64,000 nucleotides of DNA from an uncultured virus (IMG/VR IMGVR_UViG_3300020042_003594). Taxonomy: Duplodnaviria > Heunggongvirae > Uroviricota > Caudoviricetes. Both the position numbers and the translations under genes were made by a program. The notes below the pieces were generated by a model, which was not told the DNA's origin, made no database searches, and worked only from the letters and a program-made list of their open reading frames with translations. The stretch lies in the IMG/VR virus record IMGVR_UViG_3300020042_003594; one strand, 5' to 3'. Positions 1 to 10,481 of this stretch are shown here, in pieces; within the stretch, counting starts at the first letter, position 1, and each line of letters starts with the position of its first letter.

Positions 1-1
1 T

Positions 2-673
2 GCTCAAACCATCAGCGTTGGTGTCGCCTGAGTGGTCATACGCACAGATTGAAAGGTTAAAAATATCACTTGCAGTTGTGCCAATGCTGGGTCTGAAGTT
101 CAACACCCCGCCAATGCTTGAGGTAAGGCCACCGGAGGTAAACAGCGAGATGCCAGCGCCAGCAAGCGAGGTCACGCCACTTGTTGGGCCTACATTGAAT
201 TTGTAGTTTGGCGAACTCGTCCCAATCCCCACATTGCCGCTGGAGTCGATACGCATAACCTCCGCGCCACCTTCAGCAAAAGCAATAGTGTCAGCAGCGG
301 GAAAGAAGATGCCGGTGTTGGTGTCTCCATCGTTAGTAATAGAGGGCGTAGTGGCAGAACCATCCGCAACCGTCACCGTGTTGAACGTAGCCGAAGTCCC
401 CGCAGGGATAGCCAAGCTCAGGTTGGTGGTGCTCAGATACCGCACATACACATTGCTCGTACCCGCTGATGGCGCTGCTGAGAATGTCAGGGTTGTACCC
501 GACACAGAGTAGCCACTGGGAATCTGCTCAACATTGTTGACGATCACCTCGATGTCATTGACCGAGTTGACAGAACGGCTCAGGGTAAAGTTGACAGTAG
601 ACCCGTTACCATTGAAGTAGTCCGTCCCAGCAATAAAACTCTGGGTAGTTGGTGTAGATCCTATATAACTCAT
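2..673 (-). CDS. Tail fibre-like protein (3' partial, runs off window start)
   Basis: Manual translation MSYIGSTPTTQSFIAGTDYFNGNGST...DTNTGIFFPAADTIAFAEGGAEVMRIDSSGNVGIG. ATG overlaps the upstream TGA. N-terminus is paralogous to 58429..60048 and an internal block to 62002..63057. Confidence 0.8.
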   Translation of the reverse strand, partial: MSYIGSTPTTQSFIAGTDYFNGNGSTVNFTLSRSVNSVNDIEVIVNNVEQIPSGYSVSGTTLTFSAAPSAGTSNVYVRYLSTTNLSLAIPAGTSATFNTVTVADGSATTPSITNDGDTNTGIFFPAADTIAFAEGGAEVMRIDSSGNVGIGTSSPNYKFNVGPTSGVTSLAGAGISLFTSGGLTSSIGGVLNFRPSIGTTASDIFNLSICAYDHSGDTNADGLS

Positions 674-1002
674 GGTGCAATTTCTAGTAATGAACAGACT
701 ACATCAGCTGATGTTGCTGCAGAGGTTACAATCAAAAGTACATCAGCGGCCTCTAAGACTGTTTTTTGATCTCCACCTACAATTACTAAAGAGCCACCTA
801 CAGGCACAACAGCTGACTTAATTAAGTAGTAGTTTACTGCGCTGGAAGTAATGTATGCGTCACAAGTAATAGGAGATGCTGAAGTGTTTGCAACAGACAA
901 ACCAATAATAGTAGTTTGAGTTGAGGCTGGGCATGTATAAACAGTCGCAGGTGATGTCCCTACGTTTTTGCTCATAAAGTTTTTAAAAGTATTTGTTGCC
1001 AT
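670..1002 (-). CDS. Small tail-module structural protein
   Basis: 110 aa beta-rich protein (MATNTFKN...VYTCP) lying between fibre genes. Confidence 0.65.
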   Translation of the reverse strand: MATNTFKNFMSKNVGTSPATVYTCPASTQTTIIGLSVANTSASPITCDAYITSSAVNYYLIKSAVVPVGGSLVIVGGDQKTVLEAADVLLIVTSAATSADVVCSLLEIAP

Positions 1003-1437
1003 TTATATTCCTTTTGAATTTTCGAGATATTGAATTGCTCGTTTTAATAATTCTACATCATCTTTTAAATGACCAATACCTGAATTACAATTACCACACA
1101 ATAAACCTCTGATATTACCTGTAGTATGGCAATGGTCTACTGCAAATGCTCTTGCGCCAGACTCATCCGTTCCACATATACCACAACAATTATCTTGAGC
1201 AGCAAGCATATGTAAGTATTCTTGATACCCAATACCAAAAGTCTTTTTTAATTTATAATGCTTATTTTTTTCATAACTATATTTACTTTTTACAGTATCA
1301 ATATTTTCTGAATACCACTCTTGATTATATTTATTACGACATTCTTTACAATGAGGGCGATAACCATCTTTATTAGTTATGCCTTTGTGAAATTCAGAAA
1401 AATCTTTTTTTGTTTCACATGTTCTACATGTTTTCAT
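1003..1437 (-). CDS. Endonuclease VII-like HNH (homing) endonuclease
   Basis: CRTC..CKEC zinc motif, CGIC, and VDHCHTTGNIRGLLCGNCNSGIG EndoVII signature. Start taken at MKTCRTC. AT-rich relative to neighbours. Confidence 0.88.
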   Translation of the reverse strand: MKTCRTCETKKDFSEFHKGITNKDGYRPHCKECRNKYNQEWYSENIDTVKSKYSYEKNKHYKLKKTFGIGYQEYLHMLAAQDNCCGICGTDESGARAFAVDHCHTTGNIRGLLCGNCNSGIGHLKDDVELLKRAIQYLENSKGI

Positions 1438-1444
1438 ATTTATC

Positions 1445-3601
1445 CTATCCAAGGGCAATTGCCATACTGACAGCAGTACCTGCAGAATCTACCTGTAAGT
1501 TTGTTTGGGCAGCAGACACTGTTGATGCACCTGTACCACCATTAGCAATAGCTACAATACCAGATACATTAGTTGCAGTAGCAGCATTACCAGTAGTGTT
1601 TTGATTCCATGTGGGAACAGTACCTGTCAGACCACTATAGTCTACGTTTGTAGCTGTTGCTGCATTACCAGTAGTATTTTGATTCCATGTAGGAACAGCG
1701 CCTGTCAGACCACTATAAGCTACGTTAGTTGCAGTAGCAGCATTGCCTGTGGTATTCTGGTTTAATGTAGGTACATCAGCCACTTGAATAGTGTTCATCA
1801 CTACGTTTGTACCATTACCGCGCAGATATGATCCACTAGTTACTGCACCAGCAAATGTGTTTATAGCCGACTGAGCATTATTTTGACCAGAGCCACCATT
1901 AGCTAAAGGAAGAATTCCATTTACACCAGCAGTCAGTGATACAGTATTCTTTTCCCAAAGACTAGTTGCACTGTTATATACAATCGTCTGACCAGTGGCT
2001 GGAGATTGAGCCGACACATTATGCAACTCGTCCAATTCATAGCCGTTTTGCACCTTCACCAGCAGCTTACCCTGAGTCGGGTGGGCGTGCGCCACAACCG
2101 CCATGTAGACCAAATGCTGCGGCGCGTATGGCTTGGTGGCCGTCAAAGTTCCCGCTGTCGTTGGGCTGAGATAAAGCTGCGCCCCGTCGGTGTACGCTGA
2201 TGTATTAATGTTGGTGACCAAGCCAATAATGGTTACAAAACCATTGGCATTGTTTGCCAGATCGCTGGTTATCAAACCCAATGTTTGGGCTGAAGTAGCA
2301 TCACCCGTTGCCAAAGCTTTGGATACGGTTGGAATTTGGCCTGTAGCACCAGAGATATATACTGCTGTACCTTTAGTTAATGTTGCGCCAGTAGTATTTC
2401 TTACTTGTTCAACTAACACAGACGCAGGAGAGGTTTGAGATACAGCTAAATCAATAGCCGTTCCTGTTGTAGTAACAACAATACTTCCATCTGCAGAAGC
2501 AACAGTCTGTAATGCTGTGTCTGCTTTACCGCCTTGTACAGAGGTAGCATAAGCTGTGCTATCTGTAGTAGCTGCAGTACCTAAACCTAAGTTAGTTCTT
2601 GCGGTAGGAGCGCTTAATAAATCAGATAAGTTATTAGCTGTTGTTAAAAATCCTGTACCCGAAACATAAGCAGCTACCCAAACAGTCCCTGTATACACTT
2701 TCATTATATCATCAACTGAGTTGAAGTATAAAGCGCCTGTTTGTAAAGGGTTACCATCATTATCTACTGTAGGATCAGATGTTTTCTCTCCCAAATATTT
2801 ATCATCAAAGTTATCAAAGGCAGCTAGTGCTTGATCACGAGCAGCTTCAGAAGCAGCCGCAGAAGATGCAGAAGCAGTAGCACTGTTAGCAGAATTAGTT
2901 GCCTGTGTAGTTGCAATACCTGCTTGGGTAGTAGCTATGCCAGCCTGTGTTGTGGCTGTAGCAGCACTTGTTGAAGCGTTAGTAGCTTGCGTAGTAGCAA
3001 TACCCGCTTGAGTAGTTGCTGTTGAGGCACTTGTCCCCGCAGACGTAGCTGATGAGGAAGCATTAGTTGCCTGTGTAGTTGCAATACCTGCTTGGGTAGT
3101 AGCTGTTGAGGCAGAGGTTGAAGCACTAGTCGCTGAGTTTGAAGCATTAGTTGCTTGTGTAGTAGCTATCCCTGCTTGAGTAGTAGCAGTAGAAGCAGAC
3201 GTAGCAGCATTAGTTGCCTGTGTAGTAGCTATGCCAGCCTGTGTAGTTGCTGTAGTGGCTTGTGCAGTAGCTATTCCTGCTTGAGTAGTTGCTATACCAG
3301 CTTGGGTAGTAGCAGTAGCAGCACTTGTTCCAGCAGAGGTAGCTGAAGTTGAAGCGTTAGTAGCTTGGGTAGTCGCAATACCAGCTTGTGTAGTGGCAAT
3401 ACCAGCTTGAGTTGTTGCTGTAGCAGCACTGCCTGAAGCACTAGATGCGCTTGCAGCAGCAGCAGCTGCACTTAATGCAGCCTCAGCAGCTTTTTGTGCT
3501 GCTAGTTGTTGGTAGGATATCGAGTCTACTGTATCTAAATTATCATACTCTCCACCAGAGGCAATATTGCCAGTCATTCCTGGTTTTTGTTCGTAACCCA
3601 T
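1445..3601 (-). CDS. Tail fibre / spike protein with Ala-Thr heptad repeats
   Basis: 718 aa with many ATTQAGI repeats, FDDKYLG..GALYFN motif and three [14 protein letters not shown] repeats. Follows the adaptor gene. Confidence 0.82.
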   Translation of the reverse strand: MGYEQKPGMTGNIASGGEYDNLDTVDSISYQQLAAQKAAEAALSAAAAAASASSASGSAATATTQAGIATTQAGIATTQATNASTSATSAGTSAATATTQAGIATTQAGIATAQATTATTQAGIATTQATNAATSASTATTQAGIATTQATNASNSATSASTSASTATTQAGIATTQATNASSSATSAGTSASTATTQAGIATTQATNASTSAATATTQAGIATTQAGIATTQATNSANSATASASSAAASEAARDQALAAFDNFDDKYLGEKTSDPTVDNDGNPLQTGALYFNSVDDIMKVYTGTVWVAAYVSGTGFLTTANNLSDLLSAPTARTNLGLGTAATTDSTAYATSVQGGKADTALQTVASADGSIVVTTTGTAIDLAVSQTSPASVLVEQVRNTTGATLTKGTAVYISGATGQIPTVSKALATGDATSAQTLGLITSDLANNANGFVTIIGLVTNINTSAYTDGAQLYLSPTTAGTLTATKPYAPQHLVYMAVVAHAHPTQGKLLVKVQNGYELDELHNVSAQSPATGQTIVYNSATSLWEKNTVSLTAGVNGILPLANGGSGQNNAQSAINTFAGAVTSGSYLRGNGTNVVMNTIQVADVPTLNQNTTGNAATATNVAYSGLTGAVPTWNQNTTGNAATATNVDYSGLTGTVPTWNQNTTGNAATATNVSGIVAIANGGTGASTVSAAQTNLQVDSAGTAVSMAIALG
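1565..1770 (-). repeat. Three ~75-nt tandem coding repeats ([18 protein letters not shown])
   Basis: Repeat visible in both protein and DNA. Confidence 0.8.
2880..3430 (-). repeat. Degenerate 21-nt (7 aa) tandem repeats, ATTQAGI / ATTQATN
   Basis: Repeated heptads in the fibre protein, suggesting a coiled-coil shaft. Confidence 0.85.
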
Positions 3602-3610
3602 AATACCTCC

Positions 3611-4522
3611 TTAGATTAAACCGTTTGTATTAAAGTTAATTTGAACGTTACCACCAGAAGCTCTACGCCATTTTTCTTCTTTATTTAAAGAAAATATATT
3701 TTCAGTAAATTTATTTTGATAGCGTTGTTCCATTTTCTCATCAAAGAGATATGCACCCAAATTATATAAACCACCCCAAATAAGGAGACGTTCATTTTGA
3801 TCTCTTAGCCAGTTTGATACTTCAGTACCCACATACATTTTAGTTGTTACGGGGGTAGCATAGGCTGTTGCTTCTGTAGAAGTTGCAAAACATTTAGTAA
3901 CTCCAGCTAATGTACTAAAATAAAGATTAGTACCTGCAGAAGCAACTAACTCTAAGTAAGGTTGTTCAGCATCTGACAGTCCTATTACATAGTTAATAGG
4001 TGTTACATTATAAATAGCGTTTAATGCTGGTAGCCTTTTATAGTAGTGTATCTCTACAATAGCGCCTACAGCTAACTGTGGGTGAATAAAGATTTTATTA
4101 TCTTGCCACATCCAGTTATATACAGAATATTTTTCGCTGTATAAGTCAAAGAAAGTACGGCTATCAGTAACCTCATTAAATACTTTACTTACGTTACTTG
4201 GGAAAGTAGAGTAAGATGTGCCTAAGTTTTCTTGAGCAATAGTTCGGATATACACGAACTGAGTTAAATCTTCAGGGATATAAAAAGAAGTATAAGCGTT
4301 ACCGTAAGGTAAACCCAAACTATTTTCACCCTCATTGTCTTCAGATGTAACTACGTATCTTGTTGTTTCTTCTAGTGGGGGGATACGTAGTAATCGATAA
4401 CTTTCATCAGCAGAATATTTTAAACAATCCTGAATGACGCTATCTGGAATCGTATTTACTTCTGGTTTATTTGACCAGTCTCTTACTTTAGCGACTAAGC
4501 CGTCATACAGTGGTGTTGCCAT
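3611..4522 (-). CDS. Head-tail adaptor (tail tubular protein A-like)
   Basis: 303 aa. N-terminal Y..L...V.DW..., LRIP and C-terminal LLIWGGL...AYL pattern typical of podovirus adaptors. Position downstream of the capsid gene. Confidence 0.65.
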   Translation of the reverse strand: MATPLYDGLVAKVRDWSNKPEVNTIPDSVIQDCLKYSADESYRLLRIPPLEETTRYVVTSEDNEGENSLGLPYGNAYTSFYIPEDLTQFVYIRTIAQENLGTSYSTFPSNVSKVFNEVTDSRTFFDLYSEKYSVYNWMWQDNKIFIHPQLAVGAIVEIHYYKRLPALNAIYNVTPINYVIGLSDAEQPYLELVASAGTNLYFSTLAGVTKCFATSTEATAYATPVTTKMYVGTEVSNWLRDQNERLLIWGGLYNLGAYLFDEKMEQRYQNKFTENIFSLNKEEKWRRASGGNVQINFNTNGLI

Positions 4523-4534
4523 ATTTAATTCTCC

Positions 4535-4858
4535 TTATAAGGCTTTCACATTACTTGTTTTTAGTAATGGGTAGTCTGATTCAATAATCTGTTTTAGTTT
4601 TCTTACTTGAGTAAGGTCACTCATAAATTCAGGTGAGTGTACATCTATATTATACTTTGTCAAAATATCAATAGCTACAATATCAGGAATAATAGCAAAT
4701 GAACGATATGTTTTGCCATTACTAGATAGTGAGTCTACTTCTCTTTGTTGAGCCGCATAATCTTTATACGCTTCAACATTCTGTTCTAGCTTAAAGTTAC
4801 TTTCATCTGTAGCAACTTTAAAACTGTTTTTATTATTTTCTTGTGATAGAAAGCCCAT
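4535..4858 (-). CDS. Conserved phage protein downstream of capsid
   Basis: 107 aa with RBS. A-x-IP motif common in small post-capsid genes. Confidence 0.6.
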   Translation of the reverse strand: MGFLSQENNKNSFKVATDESNFKLEQNVEAYKDYAAQQREVDSLSSNGKTYRSFAIIPDIVAIDILTKYNIDVHSPEFMSDLTQVRKLKQIIESDYPLLKTSNVKAL

Positions 4859-4870
4859 GTGTCCTCTTGT

Positions 4871-5158
4871 TTAATTAGATAACGCTGCTAAGAAAGCACC
4901 GTCTACGGTAAAACAACCATATGAGTATAAAATACCACCAGCCGCATAAGGAGACACTGCGGTTACAACAAGAGCACCAGCAGTTGTGTTAGCACCATCA
5001 TAATATTTTACTTGTGTAATCTTACCACGGATAACGTTTGGTGAACGGTAGTCACTACCTGCATCTACTGTATCAGCAGAAGTTGCAATATTAACAACAT
5101 AATTATCGGGGATATACTGTCTTGTACCATCAGCAGCTGTAATTCTTAGAAATTCCAT
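4871..5158 (-). CDS. Hypothetical (possible capsid decoration) protein
   Basis: 95 aa ORF with AAGGAA RBS, directly after the capsid terminator. Confidence 0.55.
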   Translation of the reverse strand: MEFLRITAADGTRQYIPDNYVVNIATSADTVDAGSDYRSPNVIRGKITQVKYYDGANTTAGALVVTAVSPYAAGGILYSYGCFTVDGAFLAALSN

Positions 5159-5175
5159 TTTATTTCCTTTAAAAT

Positions 5176-5206
5176 AAAAAGGGACAGGATTTCTCCCATC
5201 CCTTTT
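5176..5206 (-). terminator. Rho-independent terminator after major capsid gene
   Basis: Minus strand AAAAGGGATGGGA-GAAA-TCCTGTCCCTTTTT hairpin followed by a U tract. Confidence 0.8.
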
Positions 5207-5225
5207 ATTAGGTATTAATTACCGA

Positions 5226-6338
5226 TTAAGCGCCTGATAGACCGAAGATCATACCAGCACCCTTTGGATTACGGCACTCAAGTGTACCCTCTTCAACGAT
5301 TTGACCGATGATAGAGTCACCAAGCTGACCAAGGTCAACTTCTTGTAGTGGGCGTAATGAAGCGTAGCTGAACCACATTGGATCATAAAGGAACGCAGCA
5401 AAGTTAGCAGCCTGATCTAGACCTGAAACGCTGGTATTAGAGATGCCCATAACGTAGTTAGGAACAACCATAATATCACCGAAGTCAGACATGTAAATTT
5501 CAACTGATTGACGGAGTTTACCGTCCGCATCAATGTTACGGCGAACGTTAGAGTCACCAGTAGAACCAGTAACTGAACCAGCGCTCTGAGCTTTAGCAGA
5601 GAACACACGGCGGTTAGCAGGAGATAGCATTAGCTTGGTAGCTTTACCGCCATTCTCATAGATAGCTTGCATAACAGTATCAACATGTGATAGCTGTAGT
5701 GAAACTTTATCTGCTGAGGTAACAGTAGCGAATGTACCAGCAATACCGCCACCTGGATTGGTAGGAGCAGTGTACTCACCGGGAGTAGTTAGCACGTTTA
5801 ATGCAGTAGCTGGGGTAGTAGTAGCAGCTGTGTAGTTAACCCAAGCTGGGTAACCACCAAAGGTACGAGTACCTGAGCCATTGCTTGACTTCCAGTTAAC
5901 TAAGTCGAACTCAACGTCACGGCGAAGTTCGGTACCACGCTTTTTGAGCTGATACGCGTATTCGTCAGCAACACCAGCTTGGTCAACAGCACGTTTAGTA
6001 CCAGTAACGGTAACTGTTTTGCTGTTAATCTGGGTGTAGTTACCAAGACGGGTACGGAAAGGTTCTGCTGCTTGAGCAGAGTTTTGTGTAGAATAAGACA
6101 CACCCTCAGCAACTGCTTGAGAAGCAGGAGCAGCGAGTTCGTCTGTTTGCCACTCGTGAAACACAGCCGTAGCTTTTGTTTTGCCGATAGACGACATAAA
6201 CGGTGTCTCATCACGAGAGATCATTGAAATAAAGTTAGCTAAGTCTTCGCGCTCACCGGCGTTGACAGAGTTACCTGTAGCAGCTGCGCTACGTGCGGCG
6301 GCTTTAGGGCCACCTGTTGCAAAAGTATTACCAGCCAT
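5226..6338 (-). CDS. Major capsid protein (DUF5309 / SU10-like family)
   Basis: REDL..FISMI..ETPFMS, HEWQTDEL, NYTQI, AYQLKKRGTELRRDVE and SDFG motifs. Follows the scaffold gene. Confidence 0.9.
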   Translation of the reverse strand: MAGNTFATGGPKAAARSAAATGNSVNAGEREDLANFISMISRDETPFMSSIGKTKATAVFHEWQTDELAAPASQAVAEGVSYSTQNSAQAAEPFRTRLGNYTQINSKTVTVTGTKRAVDQAGVADEYAYQLKKRGTELRRDVEFDLVNWKSSNGSGTRTFGGYPAWVNYTAATTTPATALNVLTTPGEYTAPTNPGGGIAGTFATVTSADKVSLQLSHVDTVMQAIYENGGKATKLMLSPANRRVFSAKAQSAGSVTGSTGDSNVRRNIDADGKLRQSVEIYMSDFGDIMVVPNYVMGISNTSVSGLDQAANFAAFLYDPMWFSYASLRPLQEVDLGQLGDSIIGQIVEEGTLECRNPKGAGMIFGLSGA

Positions 6339-6365
6339 TTTGTTTTCCTTTTAGTAAGATTGGAA

Positions 6366-7505
6366 TTATAGTTTTTTGCTTACTGAAGAAATACGTTTTA
6401 GAAAATCAAGTTGATCTTGGGTAGACCCTTGTCCTGACAGAACTTTACTGCGGTTATTGCTTACGTTCTCACGTTCCTTTTGTGAAGTAGGAGTTCCCTT
6501 TTTAGTGGGTACCGACTTTACAGTGGGAGATGCTTTACGTTTAACTTCACCAGTGTCTCTAGCTGTTTTTAATTTACGATAGTCATTCACAAATTTAACT
6601 ATCTCAGGGCTATAAATTTCCCCAAGAATCTCTTCTGGAATGCCTTCTTTAAGTGCAAATTCTCGAACAGCTTTGGCAACTTTTTCCGAATAGTCTGGAA
6701 TTAGATCTACGATCTTTTCCTCATACTCTTTCAGTAACACTTGTTGTTGTTCTTGTTGTTGAATTTGAATCTTCTCAACTACAGCTTTAGTCTGCTCTTC
6801 TCGTTTGTTACGTGCTTTCCAATACTTTTCTTGAATAGCTTCTCTCTGTTCTTTTAATTCCCGTGCAGCGTACGTATCGCCTTCATCACGAGCTTTATCA
6901 ATTTCAGCAGATAGCTTATGGTATTGTGTAGACAGTTCACCTTCAACGGCAGTTAATTCTTCATGAATAACCTGTCCCAGTGTAACAACTTCTTTGAGCT
7001 TTTCAGTTCGTTCTGTTTCTAATTGTTTCTTTAGTTCGCCTAGTTCGCGCCCCTTTTGAGATAGATGTTTATCAGTAGAATAACCCTTACGGATTTCTTC
7101 TAAGGAAACGTACTCAGTCTTCCCATCAACAGTGACAGGTACTTGGTACTCCCAATCAATATCTTCTTCAGAAGGTAGATCAGCATTTTGGGTAGACGTA
7201 TCATCCTCAACTTTTCCTTCTTCCTCTGATTCTTTTGATTCTTCTTCATCTAGGTCGTTAGCAGTGTCTTCATCGGTCTCTTGGGTTGCTTCTTCTTCTT
7301 CTGCCGATGAGTCTTCTGGACTTGGGACGTCTTTGTCTTCTTTTGGTAGAGATTCTGGTAGACCCAACAGTTTAGCTGCAGGGCTGTTCCTTAGAATGTC
7401 ATCAAGACTTTTCACTTCCAAGTCGTTACTACTTGATCCGTCATCGAAACTCGTGCTACTGATTTCAGAAGCGGGAGTGTTGGTAGAGAGATGTGGTAAG
7501 TTCAT
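6366..7505 (-). CDS. Capsid scaffolding protein
   Basis: Acidic N-terminus, VTVDG..VSLEEIRKGY motif and long coiled coil. Immediately upstream of the capsid gene. Confidence 0.85.
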   Translation of the reverse strand: MNLPHLSTNTPASEISSTSFDDGSSSNDLEVKSLDDILRNSPAAKLLGLPESLPKEDKDVPSPEDSSAEEEEATQETDEDTANDLDEEESKESEEEGKVEDDTSTQNADLPSEEDIDWEYQVPVTVDGKTEYVSLEEIRKGYSTDKHLSQKGRELGELKKQLETERTEKLKEVVTLGQVIHEELTAVEGELSTQYHKLSAEIDKARDEGDTYAARELKEQREAIQEKYWKARNKREEQTKAVVEKIQIQQQEQQQVLLKEYEEKIVDLIPDYSEKVAKAVREFALKEGIPEEILGEIYSPEIVKFVNDYRKLKTARDTGEVKRKASPTVKSVPTKKGTPTSQKERENVSNNRSKVLSGQGSTQDQLDFLKRISSVSKKL

Positions 7506-7531
7506 ATATTCTTATACCTTTGTGTCTATTA

Positions 7532-7804
7532 TTAAGCTGTGGCAGCTAACTTCTTAGCGGCTTTAGCAATCTTCATTTTTTCAGCGAATGAAGGTTCGCC
7601 AGTAGTATCTTTAGTTACTACTTTTTTTGATAGAGGTTCTTCTAAAGAAACAACCACATCAATCGCTTGTTGTAGATTAACAAGTAGGGGTGCATAGCGT
7701 TGAGCTAGCCCAGTGCCACCTGACTCACCTGTACGAACAAGCTCACTAATAATTTCTTCTCGTGCTCGCACAAGAACTTCTTTTGATTTAGCGTATTTAC
7801 TCAT
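7532..7804 (-). CDS. Hypothetical protein
   Basis: ORF overlapping the stop of the upstream gene. Start taken at MSKY. Confidence 0.6.
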   Translation of the reverse strand: MSKYAKSKEVLVRAREEIISELVRTGESGGTGLAQRYAPLLVNLQQAIDVVVSLEEPLSKKVVTKDTTGEPSFAEKMKIAKAAKKLAATA

Positions 7805-8168
7805 TGTCTTTATTACTTTCTGGCCCCTCTTGGGCATCTTTGTTTTGTTGAGCTATGAACTTTACGTTATTACCGTACATTTCAATGCCAACTAATTTTT
7901 CTTTAACACTACCCAAAGCCATAGCTGTGTGGTATAAGTATTCTCTTTCTTTACTGCAGTGTGGTTCTGTGGAGAGCCATGCTACAAAGAGGTCTGCTAA
8001 GATTTCACCATATGCGTCACCAAAGAACTGTTCTCGTTCTCGGTTTACAAACTGTGCTCGTCCTAACGCTATTTGGGCATCACGGAAAGGTTCTACTTTA
8101 TATTCACCTGTCTCATGATTCATCTTTGGCTTAATCTTCTGTTCAAAGCCCTTACGATATTTGTCCAT
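7797..8168 (-). CDS. Conserved helical protein between portal and scaffold
   Basis: 123 aa with W..T.....ERE.LY pattern seen in post-portal genes. Confidence 0.65.
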   Translation of the reverse strand: MDKYRKGFEQKIKPKMNHETGEYKVEPFRDAQIALGRAQFVNREREQFFGDAYGEILADLFVAWLSTEPHCSKEREYLYHTAMALGSVKEKLVGIEMYGNNVKFIAQQNKDAQEGPESNKDNE

Positions 8169-8189
8169 TATTTGTTTCTATAAAGAACC

Positions 8190-8214
8190 CTCCCGCCTCA
8201 TTTCTGAGTGGGAG
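8190..8214 (-). terminator. Hairpin after portal gene (weak terminator or stabiliser)
   Basis: CTCCCACTCA-GAAA-TGAGGCGGGAG followed by GGTTCTTT. Confidence 0.5.
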
Positions 8215-8225
8215 AGCCGTGTTAA

Positions 8226-10481
8226 TTACATTTGCATTTGTTCACCAGCAGCGGCTGGCCCTTGTACATCAGGCATAGGTGCTCCACCTTGTGGGCGGGT
8301 TGCATCCATTTTTAAATCAGAGTCAATCACTTGTTTAGCAATAGACAAGAGTTCTGTAATACTTGGTCGTGGAGGTAGTTCAACTCCTTCTTTAGCTGCA
8401 GAAATATGTAGTTTAGACCATTCTTGGTAAGACTTATCTAAAGCAACCATAAGTTGTTTAGCGTTATCTTGCATGGCATTTTTAGCTTGTATATTAGTTA
8501 AGTCTAAAGTAGCTTGTTGTTGTGCTAAATTAAGTTGTTTAGCTTGTTCCTCTAAACCTTTTTGCTTTTCTGTTGAAGCCATCTCATCTTGTCTGGACTT
8601 GATAGCTTGCTCTTTAAACTTAGGATCAGTATAGTCTACTAAGTAGTCTAATGGATCTAGGTCTAAAGCCTCTAAAGTTTTACAAGCAATCTTAACTGCA
8701 GCCTCTGGATTAACAGCACCACCAGCACCAGCAGCCTGAAGCGCCGGTAATAGTTGCTGACCAACCATAGTCATCTTTTTAATTATGTTACTGTTACTGT
8801 TTTCACCTACATCAACATCAATGTATAGTAGCATGTTGTCAGGTAAAGTACCCGGATCAACCTGCTTGAAGATGTTATTCTGATCAAAATATTTAGTAAC
8901 TTTACCACGGAGTTTAGTCCGCATAGTTTTATAAATACCTTCAGTGAGGCGTTTAAAACCAGTCTCAGCAAACCTACGTGCCATGAATTGAATACGTACT
9001 TGTGCTGCTGACATAGCTTGCTGCATTTTAGCCTCTGAATTACCAGAGACATAAAGGGTATCATTTAAGCCTTGAGCAGCTTTACCCATACCTGTAGCTT
9101 GCTCTTTGTGAACCTGTAACAGTTCAAGTAGAGGTACAGTACCCGCACTGATAGTATCAGGGGTTAGAGCAGCAACAGCAGACTGGGGATTACCATTTGT
9201 AGCAATAATCTGTTTAGGCTTCATGTTTTGAAGAGCACTAAAGTCAACTACGTTAGGGTCAGCTAGTTTAGGAGAGTAGTTAGTTAGGTATACGTTCTCT
9301 ACAAAACCCCGTAGGATAGCAGTAGAAGCCATAGTAGAGGGGCGTACCATATCAGCAACTGATAAGCCAAAGAATTCGTGAGGAACTTCAAATGGGCATA
9401 GAGTAGCTAGTGGGATAGACTCACAATCTTCTTCTAGTAAGATAGTAGAACCGGCAATAATGAAGTGCTTAAGTTCAGCAATACCATCACCATCACGGTC
9501 AACACGTAACCAACACTCAATAACAGTAATCTGTCGGTTAGCTTCTGACGGGAATAGCTCCCGTGAATTTCCCCCTAGCCAGTACTCTTCACCAACCAGA
9601 CGCTTCCGAGCAGACTGCTCTTCGGTGTACTTGGTAGCCCAATCATAGCTACCGTCTCCTATAGCGTCCCAGTCAATATTCTCTGCAATATCGGGGAAAA
9701 ACTTTCTAACTTCAGAACGAGTCATGTCGATCTGAATACCTACGAATGCTGCATCATCTAGTGAGTGTGCATCCCGTGTAATACGGAAACATTCGGGGTG
9801 TACGTTCTTAATTAAGATACGTGTTTTGTTATATTTCTTTTTAAGGCGAACATTCTTGTATACCATATTGTATACGGTATTACCTTGTTCATCAGTAGTT
9901 AATTCTTGCTCATACTGTAGTTCACCAATAATTTCGGTGTCAGGATCAGCTAATAGAGTATCTAAATTAATTTGTTCAATAGAGTCATACTCTTCAAAAG
10001 AGTAGTCAAAGTCCTCAATAAACTCCCACCTTACAATACTATTCTTCCATAACAGAGCAGACTTAACCCATGTGTTAAGGATCTCCCATCCGGGATTCTG
10101 TTTAAAAATAGCATAATTAACTAAGTCTGAAGCTACTTTAGCCTCATGAAAGTCTTTAGGGGAAGTACCCGCAGGAATAAATCTGGCTATTTTATTGTTG
10201 TTGAACATTAGTTCAGCTAAAATAGCGGTATAACCCTCGATAGCCTCTACTGTATCTGAGGATACAATCTGAGACACACCTTGGGGAGTCAAGTGGAATT
10301 GCGGCATCATGCCGTACTCGTAGGTAGCTTTCTGTCGTTCACGCGCTAAGTCAGAACTGTTTAAGAAGTCACCTACAGAGTTCATTACACCCTGCTCAAT
10401 CATGGCTAGTAGTTCGTTATCTCCTACTACTTCCTTGTATCTATCAGAAAACCTGATAGGGGTAGTTGTATTATCTGCCAT
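8226..10481 (-). CDS. Portal protein
   Basis: About 750 aa with GVSQIVSSD, DRDGDGIAEL, PHEFFGLS motifs and a Gln-rich C-terminal barrel. Located between terL and scaffold. AAAGG RBS before MADN. Confidence 0.92.
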   Translation of the reverse strand: MADNTTTPIRFSDRYKEVVGDNELLAMIEQGVMNSVGDFLNSSDLARERQKATYEYGMMPQFHLTPQGVSQIVSSDTVEAIEGYTAILAELMFNNNKIARFIPAGTSPKDFHEAKVASDLVNYAIFKQNPGWEILNTWVKSALLWKNSIVRWEFIEDFDYSFEEYDSIEQINLDTLLADPDTEIIGELQYEQELTTDEQGNTVYNMVYKNVRLKKKYNKTRILIKNVHPECFRITRDAHSLDDAAFVGIQIDMTRSEVRKFFPDIAENIDWDAIGDGSYDWATKYTEEQSARKRLVGEEYWLGGNSRELFPSEANRQITVIECWLRVDRDGDGIAELKHFIIAGSTILLEEDCESIPLATLCPFEVPHEFFGLSVADMVRPSTMASTAILRGFVENVYLTNYSPKLADPNVVDFSALQNMKPKQIIATNGNPQSAVAALTPDTISAGTVPLLELLQVHKEQATGMGKAAQGLNDTLYVSGNSEAKMQQAMSAAQVRIQFMARRFAETGFKRLTEGIYKTMRTKLRGKVTKYFDQNNIFKQVDPGTLPDNMLLYIDVDVGENSNSNIIKKMTMVGQQLLPALQAAGAGGAVNPEAAVKIACKTLEALDLDPLDYLVDYTDPKFKEQAIKSRQDEMASTEKQKGLEEQAKQLNLAQQQATLDLTNIQAKNAMQDNAKQLMVALDKSYQEWSKLHISAAKEGVELPPRPSITELLSIAKQVIDSDLKMDATRPQGGAPMPDVQGPAAAGEQMQM

